Source: a virus (lineage: Duplodnaviria > Caudoviricetes). Taken from it: DNA of 38,012 nt. The notes beneath the pieces are model-generated. The model saw nothing but the letters and a program-made list of their open reading frames with translations, ran no database searches and was not told where the DNA came from. Position numbers and translations under genes: made by a program. Positions 17,072-26,528 of the stretch are shown one piece after another. The stretch is from IMG/VR virus record IMGVR_UViG_3300033434_000381, positions 1 through 38,012 of that record; one strand, given 5' to 3'. The first letter of the stretch is position 1; the number at the start of each line of letters is the position of its first letter.

Positions 17072-18857
17072 ATGGCCCCAGTGGCTTACGCATCGGCTGG
17101 AAATATTAAAACCACCAGAAATCATGACGGTCAGTGCTTGGGCCGATAAATGCCGGGTGTTAGACGGACGATCGTCAGCTGAGCCAGGGACATGGAATAC
17201 CAATAAAACACCATACTTACGCGGCGTCATGGATGCCTTCTGCGATTTAGATATTGAAGACATTACCTTTGTCAAAGGTTCGCAAATTGGTGGAACCGAA
17301 GCAGAATACAACATGCTGGGATTTGCCATAGATCAAGATCCCGGCCCCGCCTTAATTGTTTACCCAACAGACAAGCTAGCCGAGTTTTCCTCAGAAAACC
17401 GGATTGAACCCATGATATATAAATCCCCAGTGTTGGCAGAAAAATATAATAAACGCGCTTCGGAAAAACTGGAACTGCAGCTTACAGATATGTATGTGGC
17501 GCTTGTAGGTGCTAACTCTCCGTCAAACTTAGCATCAAGGCCGGTGCGTTACGTATTTTTCGATGAGATTGACAAGTTTCCCAAATGGACCGGCGGGGAA
17601 GCCAACCCAATCGCGCTGGCGATTGAAAGAACAAAAACCTTTCACAACCGTAAGATTGTTAGAATATCCACACCCACACTAGCGTCGGGTAATATCTGGC
17701 AATCTTATCTTGCAGCTGATGTTAAATATAAATATCATGTGCCCTGTCCTCATTGCGGTTACAATCAAGAAATGAAATTTAAGCAGATCAAATGGCCGGA
17801 AGGGGCGGACGGACAAAGCGTGCGTGGGGCTGCATGGTATGAATGCAGCGATTGCGGTGCGGCCCTTTATGACAAAGATAAGCTGTCTATGATGCGCGCT
17901 GGCCTCTGGGTAACTAATGACCCTGTGCCTGATGGGCTAAGGTCTGTTGCCTTTCATCTATCGTCCATATATTCTCCGTGGCTGTCGTTTGGGGATATTG
18001 CATCACAGTTTCTAAAATCGAAAGAATATCCAGAGCTATTGATGAACTTCATTAACTCATGGCTGGCTGAACCTTGGGAACCAAGGTCCAGTAAAATGCA
18101 GTCGGACATTGTATTGTCCAAAGCATGGACCAATGAACGTGCCCGCGTGCCGGAAGAGGCCCAGCTACTGACTATGGGTGTTGACGTACAACTCAATCAT
18201 TTTTGGTGGACAGTGCGGGCATGGGGGCCGGACTTAACCTCTTGGCTGGTAGATTACGGTCGGGCAGAAACCTGGACTGCCATTGAGGAGATTATCAACC
18301 GAAAATTTGTGACTAATCAGGGAGAAATAAAAGAGATTAATTTGGCTTGCATCGACTCCGGCTTTAATACCGATGAGGTATATCAATTTTGTGTTAGAAA
18401 CCCAGGTCTTTGCCTGCCGACGAAGGGGAGTTCGCACGCCATGACCAGTCGCTATCGAGTAACGATCATTGATAAGGGAATTGGCTATGGACTTCGGTTA
18501 TATATATTTGATACAGGTCAGATGAAAGACTTTATTGCTGGTCGCTTAACGTTTGAACCGGGAACACCGGGGGCTTGGCATGTTTTTGTCGGCTGTGAGC
18601 GTGCCTATGCTGATCAGATCTGTGCAGAACAGAAAGTGGAGGTTAAAAGCGGTACGCGAATAACCTATGAATGGAAAAAAATCAGCTCGCATGCAGAAAA
18701 CCATTATTTAGATTGCGAAACAAACAATACCCTGGCGGCAGAAATATTAGGGGTAAGGTATTTACAAAAAGAGCCGGTTATAAATTTACAACCGGAATCA
18801 CAAGTGCAAGCAGGGAATACGTGGCTTGGAAATACGAGTAATTGGATAAAACGATAA
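16995..18857 (+). CDS. terL: Terminase large subunit, GpA family (true start probably near 17060)
   Basis: VSAWADK, TPYLRGVMD, KGSQIGGTE, FFDEIDKF, ISTPT, VPCPHCG, GVDVQ, CIDSG, NHYLDC. Confidence 0.93.
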   Translation: MLITHLNRLAPTVNTRRRAKEKLNIEWPQWLTHRLEILKPPEIMTVSAWADKCRVLDGRSSAEPGTWNTNKTPYLRGVMDAFCDLDIEDITFVKGSQIGGTEAEYNMLGFAIDQDPGPALIVYPTDKLAEFSSENRIEPMIYKSPVLAEKYNKRASEKLELQLTDMYVALVGANSPSNLASRPVRYVFFDEIDKFPKWTGGEANPIALAIERTKTFHNRKIVRISTPTLASGNIWQSYLAADVKYKYHVPCPHCGYNQEMKFKQIKWPEGADGQSVRGAAWYECSDCGAALYDKDKLSMMRAGLWVTNDPVPDGLRSVAFHLSSIYSPWLSFGDIASQFLKSKEYPELLMNFINSWLAEPWEPRSSKMQSDIVLSKAWTNERARVPEEAQLLTMGVDVQLNHFWWTVRAWGPDLTSWLVDYGRAETWTAIEEIINRKFVTNQGEIKEINLACIDSGFNTDEVYQFCVRNPGLCLPTKGSSHAMTSRYRVTIIDKGIGYGLRLYIFDTGQMKDFIAGRLTFEPGTPGAWHVFVGCERAYADQICAEQKVEVKSGTRITYEWKKISSHAENHYLDCETNNTLAAEILGVRYLQKEPVINLQPESQVQAGNTWLGNTSNWIKR

Positions 18858-18894
18858 ATTCTTAATTAAAATGATGAAAGTCATATTAATTGAA

Positions 18895-19329
18895 TTATAG
18901 TTTACGTTCCATAAATTTTGCTTGAGACGTTTGGTCGTAAATTTTAAACATTGAATCGCTATAAAAATCAGGAGTGTCCGTAAATAGTATAATTCTCTTT
19001 AATGTTTTAAGTTCAGGATGATTAACAATAGTTTGAATCAACCATTTACCAATACCTTGACCTCGATAGTTGCTAAGAATAAATACATCAGCAATATATC
19101 CAATGGTAGTTAGATCACTTACTACCCGAGCAAACCCAATTTGCTTTTGTACGTCATTATTTTTATGATATACACCAAAGCAAAAAGCGGAATTGTTCAT
19201 AGCTTTGGTCATAAAGTCTTTGCTTCTGCCTAACCCCCAATAAGACTCAGTAGAAATAAACTCATGAATTAGATCAAAATTAAAAAAAGACCTATCTGTT
19301 GAAATCATAAAATCGTCCATTATCCACAT
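18895..19329 (-). CDS. GNAT family N-acetyltransferase (moron)
   Basis: QIGFARVVSD, DVFILSNYRGQGIGKWL acetyl-CoA binding motif; AT-rich and antisense to the late operon. Confidence 0.9.
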   Translation of the reverse strand: MWIMDDFMISTDRSFFNFDLIHEFISTESYWGLGRSKDFMTKAMNNSAFCFGVYHKNNDVQKQIGFARVVSDLTTIGYIADVFILSNYRGQGIGKWLIQTIVNHPELKTLKRIILFTDTPDFYSDSMFKIYDQTSQAKFMERKL

Positions 19330-19485
19330 GACATATCACCTCTAATTTTCATTACTACCAGATAGTTTCAATGGTTATACAATATATCCTGCGTAATAGT
19401 TTAGTTAGAGGCTTGAGTGCATTGCTACCAAAGATGTGTCCTGGAAATGGAAAAAGCAAAGCAGTGAAAGAAGCGATGAAAAGTA

Positions 19486-19746
19486 ATGAGTGCAAAAGAA
19501 TTATTAACGCAGATTGAAACCGCAATCGCGAACCTTTTATCTGGTGCCGAAGAAATCTCGATTAGTTCCCGAAGATACCGGAAAACAGATCTAGATAAAC
19601 TCAGAATCATGCGTAAGAATCTTCAGGAAGAGGTTTTTTATGAACAAGTATCAGCAGGCGCTACAACACGTGCTTATGCCGCCTGGCCAACACGTCGAGG
19701 AGGTATTCCGCCGTGGACTTCGGTAAATCCTTCGAACGAATTGTAG
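19486..19746 (+). CDS. Head completion / head-tail joining protein (lambda gpW-like)
   Basis: Small protein between terL and portal; IETAIANLLSGAEEISISSRRYRKTDLDKL pattern. Confidence 0.7.
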   Translation: MSAKELLTQIETAIANLLSGAEEISISSRRYRKTDLDKLRIMRKNLQEEVFYEQVSAGATTRAYAAWPTRRGGIPPWTSVNPSNEL

Positions 19747-21269
19747 GCTGGATTTCGCCGAAAGCTGCTTTTGAACGGCAGGCCTACCGTGAGGCGCTTG
19801 AACTTAAAGCGCGTCAACGAGAACAGCACCGTAATTACGACGCCGGGATGCTCAATCGGTTTAATAATCGCTGGAATGCCGCATGGGGCAGCGGAGAACT
19901 GGTGGATAAACCTTATCGTCAGCGCCTGTTACTAATTGCCCGTGACCTAGAACGCAACAATGATATTGCTAAGTCCATTATTAATCCCTTTGAACGCAAT
20001 GTTGTCGGCCTCGGAATTAACGTTCAAGCGAAAACAGAGGATGATGCCCTGAATCAAGAATTCGAAGCAGTATGGTCAGAATGGTGCGAACAGGCAAACT
20101 CCGAGGTTACAGGCCAGTTGACCTTTATGGAAATACTGCGCATGATGCTTAGACGTACCATCGTTGATGGGGATATCGCCGTAATCGAGATCTATGATTC
20201 CAAAGCTTCGTTTATTCCATATCGTCTGCAACTCATCGAAGCCGATATGTTTGACACAACGTTGTTTGAGAACAGTGAAAATGGCAATCGGATATATAGC
20301 GGTGTTGAAGTCGATGGCTTTTTGCGCCCAGTAGCGTATTGGTTCCAGCAATCAACGCTCGACTATTATCTCTACAACATAAAATCCATACGGATTCCCG
20401 CTGAGCAGGTGATCCATCTCTTTACCAAACTGCGTGTTACTCAGGTGCGCGGGATATCTCTTTTAGCATCAAGCATTGAAGCTATCCAGGATATTGGCGA
20501 TTACCTTGAAGCTGAGCGAGTTAAGGCCCGGATATCCGCCTGTTTTGCGATGTTCATCGAAACCACGCCGCAGGGAATCATGGGGAGAACCGGGCAAATG
20601 CAATTGGATTATCGAAAACAGCGGCGAGATTACTTAGAGCCGGGGATGATGGAATATCTCCTCCCTGGTGAATCTATGAATGTGGCCAGTCCCTCAGGGA
20701 TTAACACCAACACCCGCGATTTTGTCCAGACCAATTACCGTATTGCCTCCGCCGGACAGGGCTTAAGCTATGAAGCCACAAGCCGCGATGTGTCACAGGT
20801 GAGTTATTCCTCTGCCCGGCATAGCGCACTGGAAGACAGACGAGCTTACCAGCCGGTGCAACAGTGGCTGATTGATCATTTCTGCCGGCGGGTATATAAA
20901 AGGGTTATCACTTCGGCGGTGTTGTGCGGTCGCCTAAAAATCCCAGACTTCTTTACTCGGCAGAGCTACTACTTAAAGCACAAATGGTTGCCGCCGGGCT
21001 GGGATTGGGTGGACCCATTGAAAGATGTAACAGCAAGCAAGCTGGAATATGCTATGGGACTTACCACCTTAGAACAGCTTTGCGCGGAGCAAGGCAAAGA
21101 TTACAAGGATATTATTGCCCAGCAAGCTAAGGAACGCCTACTTCTAAAGGCAAATGGCATCAATATTGACGCAGCCACTGGAGTGGTGAGTGTCCAAGAA
21201 AAGGAGGAAGACAGTGAAGATGGAGAAGAAAATTCGGCAGCGAAGGATGAACCAAACGTTTTACCGTGA
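19713..21269 (+). CDS. Portal protein, lambda family
   Basis: ARDLERNN, RLQLIEAD, GVEVD..RPVAY, QVRGIS, SYSSAR, WDWVDPLKD. Confidence 0.93.
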   Translation: MDFGKSFERIVGWISPKAAFERQAYREALELKARQREQHRNYDAGMLNRFNNRWNAAWGSGELVDKPYRQRLLLIARDLERNNDIAKSIINPFERNVVGLGINVQAKTEDDALNQEFEAVWSEWCEQANSEVTGQLTFMEILRMMLRRTIVDGDIAVIEIYDSKASFIPYRLQLIEADMFDTTLFENSENGNRIYSGVEVDGFLRPVAYWFQQSTLDYYLYNIKSIRIPAEQVIHLFTKLRVTQVRGISLLASSIEAIQDIGDYLEAERVKARISACFAMFIETTPQGIMGRTGQMQLDYRKQRRDYLEPGMMEYLLPGESMNVASPSGINTNTRDFVQTNYRIASAGQGLSYEATSRDVSQVSYSSARHSALEDRRAYQPVQQWLIDHFCRRVYKRVITSAVLCGRLKIPDFFTRQSYYLKHKWLPPGWDWVDPLKDVTASKLEYAMGLTTLEQLCAEQGKDYKDIIAQQAKERLLLKANGINIDAATGVVSVQEKEEDSEDGEENSAAKDEPNVLP

Positions 21270-23259
21270 TGTGTCTATCGATCCCACAAGTATCGATACG
21301 GAAAACAGGATTGTGCCTGTATCCTTTTCTAGTGACCAGCCTATAGAACGTTACGACTGGTGGGATGGCTATTATAATGAAATACTAGGCCACGCTAAGG
21401 GCAATGTCGATTTAACTCGTTTGAGTGATATCGGCGTTGCCTTATTTAATCACGATCCTGGTCAGCCTATTGGTAAGGTGCTTAGTCCTGTGATTGACAG
21501 TAAGAACAGGAAAGGTACAGCCCTAATTCAATTCGACAGCGACGAAGCCAGCGATGTGATTTACCAAAAGGTGTTAAGCGGCACTTTAAAGGGCATCTCT
21601 GTTGGATATCGGGTAATGAATTGGGAGTCTGTTGATATAGACGCAACCTCAACAGATGGGCTTTATCAAGGACCATGCGAAATCGCGCGAAACTGGGAGC
21701 CGTTTGAAATAAGTGTCGTCAGTATACCGGCAGATTCGACTGTTGGCGTGGGAAGAAGTATGGAGGAGGTTGAGCAAAAACTAAGCACAGTAATCGAAAA
21801 AATAGTAGAACGAAAACTGGCTATCTATGAGGCTCCGCCGGAAATCGAATCGGCTGGGGCTTTTTTATTGTCCCAAACAGGCGAAGTTCGGCAAACAAAC
21901 CAAGAAGGAGGACGAGAAGTGGCAGATAAAGCTAACCAAACCGAGGTGACTAATATTGATGAGCGGGCCATCAGGGAGGAAGCAGCGCGCAATGAACGGG
22001 TTAGAGTAACCGAAATTCGCGCAATGTTTCGGTCATTCGCCGATCAAACAGGTTTAAATGAAGATGGATTTATAGATAACGGGGTAAGTGTGGAAGAAGC
22101 CCGTAAAGCCATCATGGAGGATCTCACTAAACGAAAAGCAGCCCCTGTTTCTCAAACGCCCGAAATCCAGTTTGTTGCCGATGAAGAAGATAAATTCCGG
22201 GCGGCGGCCGTGGATGCTTTGGCATGGCGATCGGGATTGAAACTACCCAAACCGGCACCTGGTTTTGAGGCGCTTCGGTGTGTGAACATGGTGGATTTAG
22301 GTCGCCTTGTTTATGAAAGAAGCACCGGAAAGAGGTTTGAATCCTTTGACCGCGATCTTTTGGTTCGCGAAATGGTTCAGTCGTCAGTGTTTTCCTACAT
22401 CCTGCAAAATGTTGCCGATAAAGCTATGCAGAATGCGTATCAGTTTGCACCAGTTACGTATCCAACCTGGACAAAACACGGGGTATTAAACGACTATAAA
22501 CCGGCACTTCGGGCGCAGTTGTCAGAAGTGCCGTTATTAGAAAATGTCGGGAAAGGGGCGGAATATAAGCTTATTACTTTGACCGATGCCGGTGAATGGA
22601 TTCAACTCTCGAAACGCGGTAATTTGTTTAGCATTACCCGTGAGGATATCTTAAATGACGATATGCATGCTTTAGTGGATTTCCCGGCTCGCTGGGCAGC
22701 TGCCGCTAGAATGACGATAAATCAGGATGTGTATACCGTAATAAACTCTAACCCGACAATGGGCTATGACAGCACAGCTTTATTTGCCACTGCACACAAT
22801 AATATCGCGACAGCGAATAAAACAGTGCCATCCAAGGCATCATTGCAGGCGGCTATCCAGGCTATGATGCTGCAAACGGGGTTAAAAACCAGTATTCCAC
22901 TCAATATCCGGCCTAAATTCTTGTTAAGTCCGGTTGCGTTGATGTTTGGTGCGAAACAGTTACTCCAATCTACTGCTGATCCAACCGCGCCTAATGCTGG
23001 GGCTGTCAACGTTCTTCAGGACATTGTGCAGCTAGTTACCGATCCGTTACTAGATGCTTCCAGCAGCACCGCTTGGTATTTAGCAGCTGACCCGTCAATC
23101 ACCGATACTATTGAGGTTGCATTCTTAAATGGACAGGATTCGCCGTACATTGAACAGCAAAATGGTTTCCAGGTAGATGGTTTTACCTATAAAATTCGTA
23201 TTGAATATGGTGTAAAGGCACTTGATTGGCGTGGTTTGTTTAAAAATCCTGGCGCATAA
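21214..23259 (+). CDS. Prohead protease (HK97/U35 type) fused to scaffold and major capsid protein
   Basis: AGGAGG RBS then GTG 21214; protease motifs LFNHD, ISVGY, WEPFEISVVSIPAD; C-terminal capsid motifs WYLAAD, IEVAFLNG, DWRGLFKNPGA. Confidence 0.9.
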   Translation: MKMEKKIRQRRMNQTFYRDVSIDPTSIDTENRIVPVSFSSDQPIERYDWWDGYYNEILGHAKGNVDLTRLSDIGVALFNHDPGQPIGKVLSPVIDSKNRKGTALIQFDSDEASDVIYQKVLSGTLKGISVGYRVMNWESVDIDATSTDGLYQGPCEIARNWEPFEISVVSIPADSTVGVGRSMEEVEQKLSTVIEKIVERKLAIYEAPPEIESAGAFLLSQTGEVRQTNQEGGREVADKANQTEVTNIDERAIREEAARNERVRVTEIRAMFRSFADQTGLNEDGFIDNGVSVEEARKAIMEDLTKRKAAPVSQTPEIQFVADEEDKFRAAAVDALAWRSGLKLPKPAPGFEALRCVNMVDLGRLVYERSTGKRFESFDRDLLVREMVQSSVFSYILQNVADKAMQNAYQFAPVTYPTWTKHGVLNDYKPALRAQLSEVPLLENVGKGAEYKLITLTDAGEWIQLSKRGNLFSITREDILNDDMHALVDFPARWAAAARMTINQDVYTVINSNPTMGYDSTALFATAHNNIATANKTVPSKASLQAAIQAMMLQTGLKTSIPLNIRPKFLLSPVALMFGAKQLLQSTADPTAPNAGAVNVLQDIVQLVTDPLLDASSSTAWYLAADPSITDTIEVAFLNGQDSPYIEQQNGFQVDGFTYKIRIEYGVKALDWRGLFKNPGA

Positions 23260-23302
23260 TGTAGTGCCGTGAAAAGCAGAAGAAAAGAGAGGTAATAAAT
23301 AA

Positions 23303-23641
23303 ATGGCTATCCAATGCACGTATTATCAAGAGGGGAATATCATTGATTACGAAAATACGGGATCTTCAGCGTTAAGTGCCGGAGATCCCGTTCCGATGAC
23401 AGATGCTTTCGGTGTTGCTGTATATGGAATCGATGCTGGGGCTACTGGTCCTGTGGTAATCAATGGAGTTTTTATTGTGACTGCCGATTCGACTGTGTCA
23501 TATGCTGCCGGGGATAAACTTTACTGGGATAGCACTAATAAGCTTTTCACAACCAGTGCAACCAGTACAACTTATGCTGGCTATGCAGCAAAAGCGAAGG
23601 ATACAGGAACTACTGTTGGTTATCTGAAGTTGAATTACTAA
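23303..23641 (+). CDS. DUF2190-family capsid cement/decoration protein
   Basis: YYQEGNIIDY, AGDPV, GVA, GDKLYWD; directly after the capsid gene. Confidence 0.8.
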   Translation: MAIQCTYYQEGNIIDYENTGSSALSAGDPVPMTDAFGVAVYGIDAGATGPVVINGVFIVTADSTVSYAAGDKLYWDSTNKLFTTSATSTTYAGYAAKAKDTGTTVGYLKLNY

Positions 23642-23656
23642 AAAATGGAGGTATGT

Positions 23657-23944
23657 ATGGCAGAGTATATATACGGAGTGCTGGCGAATAAGCCGCCTAT
23701 TCAACAAATAACTACTTCTACAATTACTGAAGCAGAGAAGGATACATTAAACTTCTCTAGCGCGATGACTCGGCTAGTTGTTAAAAATACCGGTACCGCA
23801 GCGTTAACTTTTAGTGTAAACGGCAAAGCAAGTTTGACCGACAACTTGCAAGTGGGCGACACTTTCGACGATTCATTTTTGGAATTCAACAGCCTAGTGC
23901 TGAGTGGAACGACAGGATCAAGTTATACGGTGATGGTGGGGTGA
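23657..23944 (+). CDS. Hypothetical beta-rich structural protein
   Basis: GGAGG RBS then ATG 23657; Ser/Thr-rich; located in the head module. Confidence 0.6.
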   Translation: MAEYIYGVLANKPPIQQITTSTITEAEKDTLNFSSAMTRLVVKNTGTAALTFSVNGKASLTDNLQVGDTFDDSFLEFNSLVLSGTTGSSYTVMVG

Positions 23945-23948
23945 TAGC

Positions 23949-24269
23949 ATGACGCTAAAGTCTCAAATTCTGGCCGATACGGATATTTTCTTAAATACGG
24001 ATGAGTTTGCCGAGATGTGCAGCATTGAACTAGAGGGTGTGACTTACAATATTCCCGTTGTTATTAGTTCGGATGAAAACCTTGCCTTTAGTAAAGGGTG
24101 GGATGGTGTTTACCAGAGCAATGTAACAGTGGCTTTTCGAACGTCTGATGTAAAACGAAAACCGGTCAAAAATCAGGTTCTTGTTTTGAACGGTAAAAGC
24201 TATGTGGTGGTAAACTGCAGCGATGAAATGGGGATGCTTGTTGTTAAATTAGAGGTGCCGGACACATGA
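23949..24269 (+). CDS. Head-tail joining protein (lambda FII-like)
   Basis: DIFLNTDEFAE and EMGMLVVKL motifs; position in the neck module. Confidence 0.7.
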   Translation: MTLKSQILADTDIFLNTDEFAEMCSIELEGVTYNIPVVISSDENLAFSKGWDGVYQSNVTVAFRTSDVKRKPVKNQVLVLNGKSYVVVNCSDEMGMLVVKLEVPDT

Positions 24270-24288
24270 TTGAGTTAAGTGCCGAGGG
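24230..24288 (+). repeat. 59-bp direct repeat, left copy, flanking hicAB
   Basis: GGGGATGCTTGTTGTTAAATTAGAGGTGCCGGACACATGATTGAGTTAAGTGCCGAGGG; 58/59 identical to 25154-25212. Confidence 0.95.
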
Positions 24289-24343
24289 CATCTATTATAA
24301 GTCCAGTCGTATTACTGGTATTTTTAAAATAAAAAGCAGCCAG

Positions 24344-24772
24344 TTAAGGCCGCTTACGTAAAGGCGTATGATTGTAAATGCCAAGGTGCTGTTTAAGACC
24401 TGATTGCAAGACTTGAGAAAAGTTAACATTTTCTCTTTCGGCGACATCATTTAACCACTTAGGAATGGTAAGTGTTTTCTTAACAGCTTTGTTTTCTTGT
24501 TCGTCCCGTACCGGGATCATGAATACCTCAATGAAAACAATTCTTTCATTGGTTTCCAACTGGATATTGGTAAGTTCCGAAGGAAAGGGAATTTCGTCGT
24601 TGTCTTTTTCCATTCCATAAATGTGTAATTCAAGTGCTTCCTTTGCCATTGATAAAGCTTCTTCAGTAGTATCGCCACAAGTTAAGCAACCGGGTAAATC
24701 GGGAAATTCAACGGATATACCATCTTCAGCATAGTGGAAAATGGCAGGATATACATAGCGGTCTTTACTCAT
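24344..24772 (-). CDS. hicB: HicB family antitoxin
   Basis: YPAIF, VEFPDLPGCLTCGDT.EEA..MAKEAL; RHH C-terminus VKKTLTIPKWLN...NFSQVLQ. Confidence 0.93.
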   Translation of the reverse strand: MSKDRYVYPAIFHYAEDGISVEFPDLPGCLTCGDTTEEALSMAKEALELHIYGMEKDNDEIPFPSELTNIQLETNERIVFIEVFMIPVRDEQENKAVKKTLTIPKWLNDVAERENVNFSQVLQSGLKQHLGIYNHTPLRKRP

Positions 24773-24992
24773 CAATCTTTACTCCTTTCGGTGAGGCCGG
24801 TATTTCAAGCTCCGCCTGTTTGAATATACTTTTTAGGGTTCGTTCCGGAAAGTCTTTCCTCGGATGGGGAACTGAGACTTTACCAGGTTTATTGGGATGT
24901 TTCAGTTGATGATGGGAACCGCGAACCTCCGATATATACCAACCATCATTATGTAGTATTTGCAGTACTTCTTTTGATGAATAGCTTTTCAT
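24765..24992 (-). CDS. hicA: HicA family mRNA interferase toxin
   Basis: DGW...RGSHHQLKHP..PGKVSVPHPRKD...TLKSIFKQA; AAAGGAGGGG RBS. Confidence 0.93.
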   Translation of the reverse strand: MKSYSSKEVLQILHNDGWYISEVRGSHHQLKHPNKPGKVSVPHPRKDFPERTLKSIFKQAELEIPASPKGVKIDE

Positions 24993-25014
24993 CAGTTCCC
25001 CTCCTTTCAATACA

Positions 25015-25044
25015 ATTAAAACACGTATGATTAATACGTGTCAA
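25015..25044 (-). promoter_or_regulatory. hicAB promoter with palindromic operator
   Basis: Minus-strand TTGACA (25044-25039)-N18-TTTAAT (25020-25015), overlapped by the perfect inverted repeat ACACGTAT-N5-ATACGTGT (25021-25041). Confidence 0.75.
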
Positions 25045-25153
25045 TGCGTTTTTGCGTAATAATTATATGTTGTGAGTAGAAACATAAAGGACCTATAACG
25101 TAGCTGTCGCAGTGAAAGGAGTCTTAAAGATAGGAAACTACCAGGAAGAACTA

Positions 25154-25212
25154 GGGGATGCTTGTTGTTAAATTGGAGGTGCCGGACACATGATTGAGTT
25201 AAGTGCCGAGGG
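25154..25212 (+). repeat. 59-bp direct repeat, right copy, flanking hicAB
   Basis: Matches 24230-24288 with a single A>G change at 25175. Confidence 0.95.
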
Positions 25213-25747
25213 AATTGCCAAAGCTCATGTACTTCTCAGCCATATTGGTAATGGTGCACCAAAGGCAATTTCTTCCGCCTTAAACCGAACGATTGATGGC
25301 GTTAAAACCGATGTGACTAGGAAGGTAACTGAGACTTACGACATTAAAGCCAAAGATGTCCGGGCAACTCTTCGCGTACAAAAGGCTAATACCGATACAT
25401 TACAGGCAAGCGTTAGTGCGAATGGCAGCCCTATCCCGTTAATAAAGTTCAGAGTAACTCCGAACAAACCTGGTCAGAAAAAAATAGGAACACTGCTTAG
25501 GGCTTCGGTTAAACGTTCGGGAGGTAAGCCAATTTCCGGCGCATTTGTAGCCAAATTCAAAAGTGGTCATATTGGTATTATGCAAAGAGATGGGAAGAAT
25601 CGCCTGCCGGTTAAGGAACTGTATGGACCGGCTGTACCGCAGATGATGAGTGAAAATAAAGTCCGAGAGTATGTGGTGGATGGAGCCGGTGAGCGGTTTG
25701 AAAAACGACTGGACCACGAAATAGAGTGGCTTTTAAATAAGGGGTGA
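25190..25747 (+). CDS. Minor tail protein Z-like
   Basis: AISSALNRT, AFVAKFKSGHIG...RLPVKELYGPAVPQM. Confidence 0.8.
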   Translation: MIELSAEGIAKAHVLLSHIGNGAPKAISSALNRTIDGVKTDVTRKVTETYDIKAKDVRATLRVQKANTDTLQASVSANGSPIPLIKFRVTPNKPGQKKIGTLLRASVKRSGGKPISGAFVAKFKSGHIGIMQRDGKNRLPVKELYGPAVPQMMSENKVREYVVDGAGERFEKRLDHEIEWLLNKG

Positions 25748-26244
25748 TGTACTTGATTGACCCAGTCCTATTAGACAGTTTGTGTGATTTCTTGAATCAA
25801 AAATTTACCGATTATACCGTCGGGGATGAGAACAAAACCCTGTGGCCGTTTACGGTAGTACGGGGTTTTTTGCCGCCTAAGCGAAGTGATGAATTAGAAG
25901 ACTATGAAAAGTTTTGCATTTTGGTACGCTACAATGATGGTGATGCGGATTGGAGTATAGCAGAGAATCAATCAAAAGCGGTAAATCGCATGACGATAGC
26001 CGTTCGCACTGCAGCGTTTGATCCGCAAATCGGTCCGAGAAATACGATAAACACCATGGCGATGATTCAACGACTTATTTATGAGTCGCCCATTTTGGCT
26101 CGCAAATATAGAGCAACCTTCCCGCTGAAATGGAAAGCACCTGCTGGCGATACCTTGCCAATCTGGCAGGGCGAAATGACGATTCCCTGGATTGTGCCTA
26201 TGGCCCAGGAAATCTGGGAGTTTGGAGGTGGACACCATGTCTGA
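25744..26244 (+). CDS. Hypothetical tail completion/terminator protein
   Basis: GFLPPK motif; overlaps gpZ-like gene; upstream of the sheath. Confidence 0.55.
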   Translation: MMYLIDPVLLDSLCDFLNQKFTDYTVGDENKTLWPFTVVRGFLPPKRSDELEDYEKFCILVRYNDGDADWSIAENQSKAVNRMTIAVRTAAFDPQIGPRNTINTMAMIQRLIYESPILARKYRATFPLKWKAPAGDTLPIWQGEMTIPWIVPMAQEIWEFGGGHHV

Positions 26245-26512
26245 CGAAAATACAGGAGAAGTGACGGCTGCGACAACTGAAGTGCAGCAAGTAATCTATT
26301 GTGGGCCATCCTTACCAGCTAAATATGGTTTACGGCAGTATGCGGTTTATCTGAACGGATTACCTGATCATGTAACAGCGCTCATTGAAAAATGCGCGGC
26401 GATCAAGGTCTTAATTGTGGATGTTGAAAAGTTATCTGCAATTCGTCAAGCATTAGCAAAATCGGGGAGCATGGAAGCTGTTATGTATAAAACCATTCAA
26501 AAAGCGTTCTAG
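26237..26512 (+). CDS. Hypothetical protein upstream of the sheath gene
   Basis: GGAGG RBS then ATG 26237; IYCGPSLP motif. Confidence 0.65.
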   Translation: MSDENTGEVTAATTEVQQVIYCGPSLPAKYGLRQYAVYLNGLPDHVTALIEKCAAIKVLIVDVEKLSAIRQALAKSGSMEAVMYKTIQKAF

Positions 26513-26528
26513 AAAGGAGGGCGAGTTT

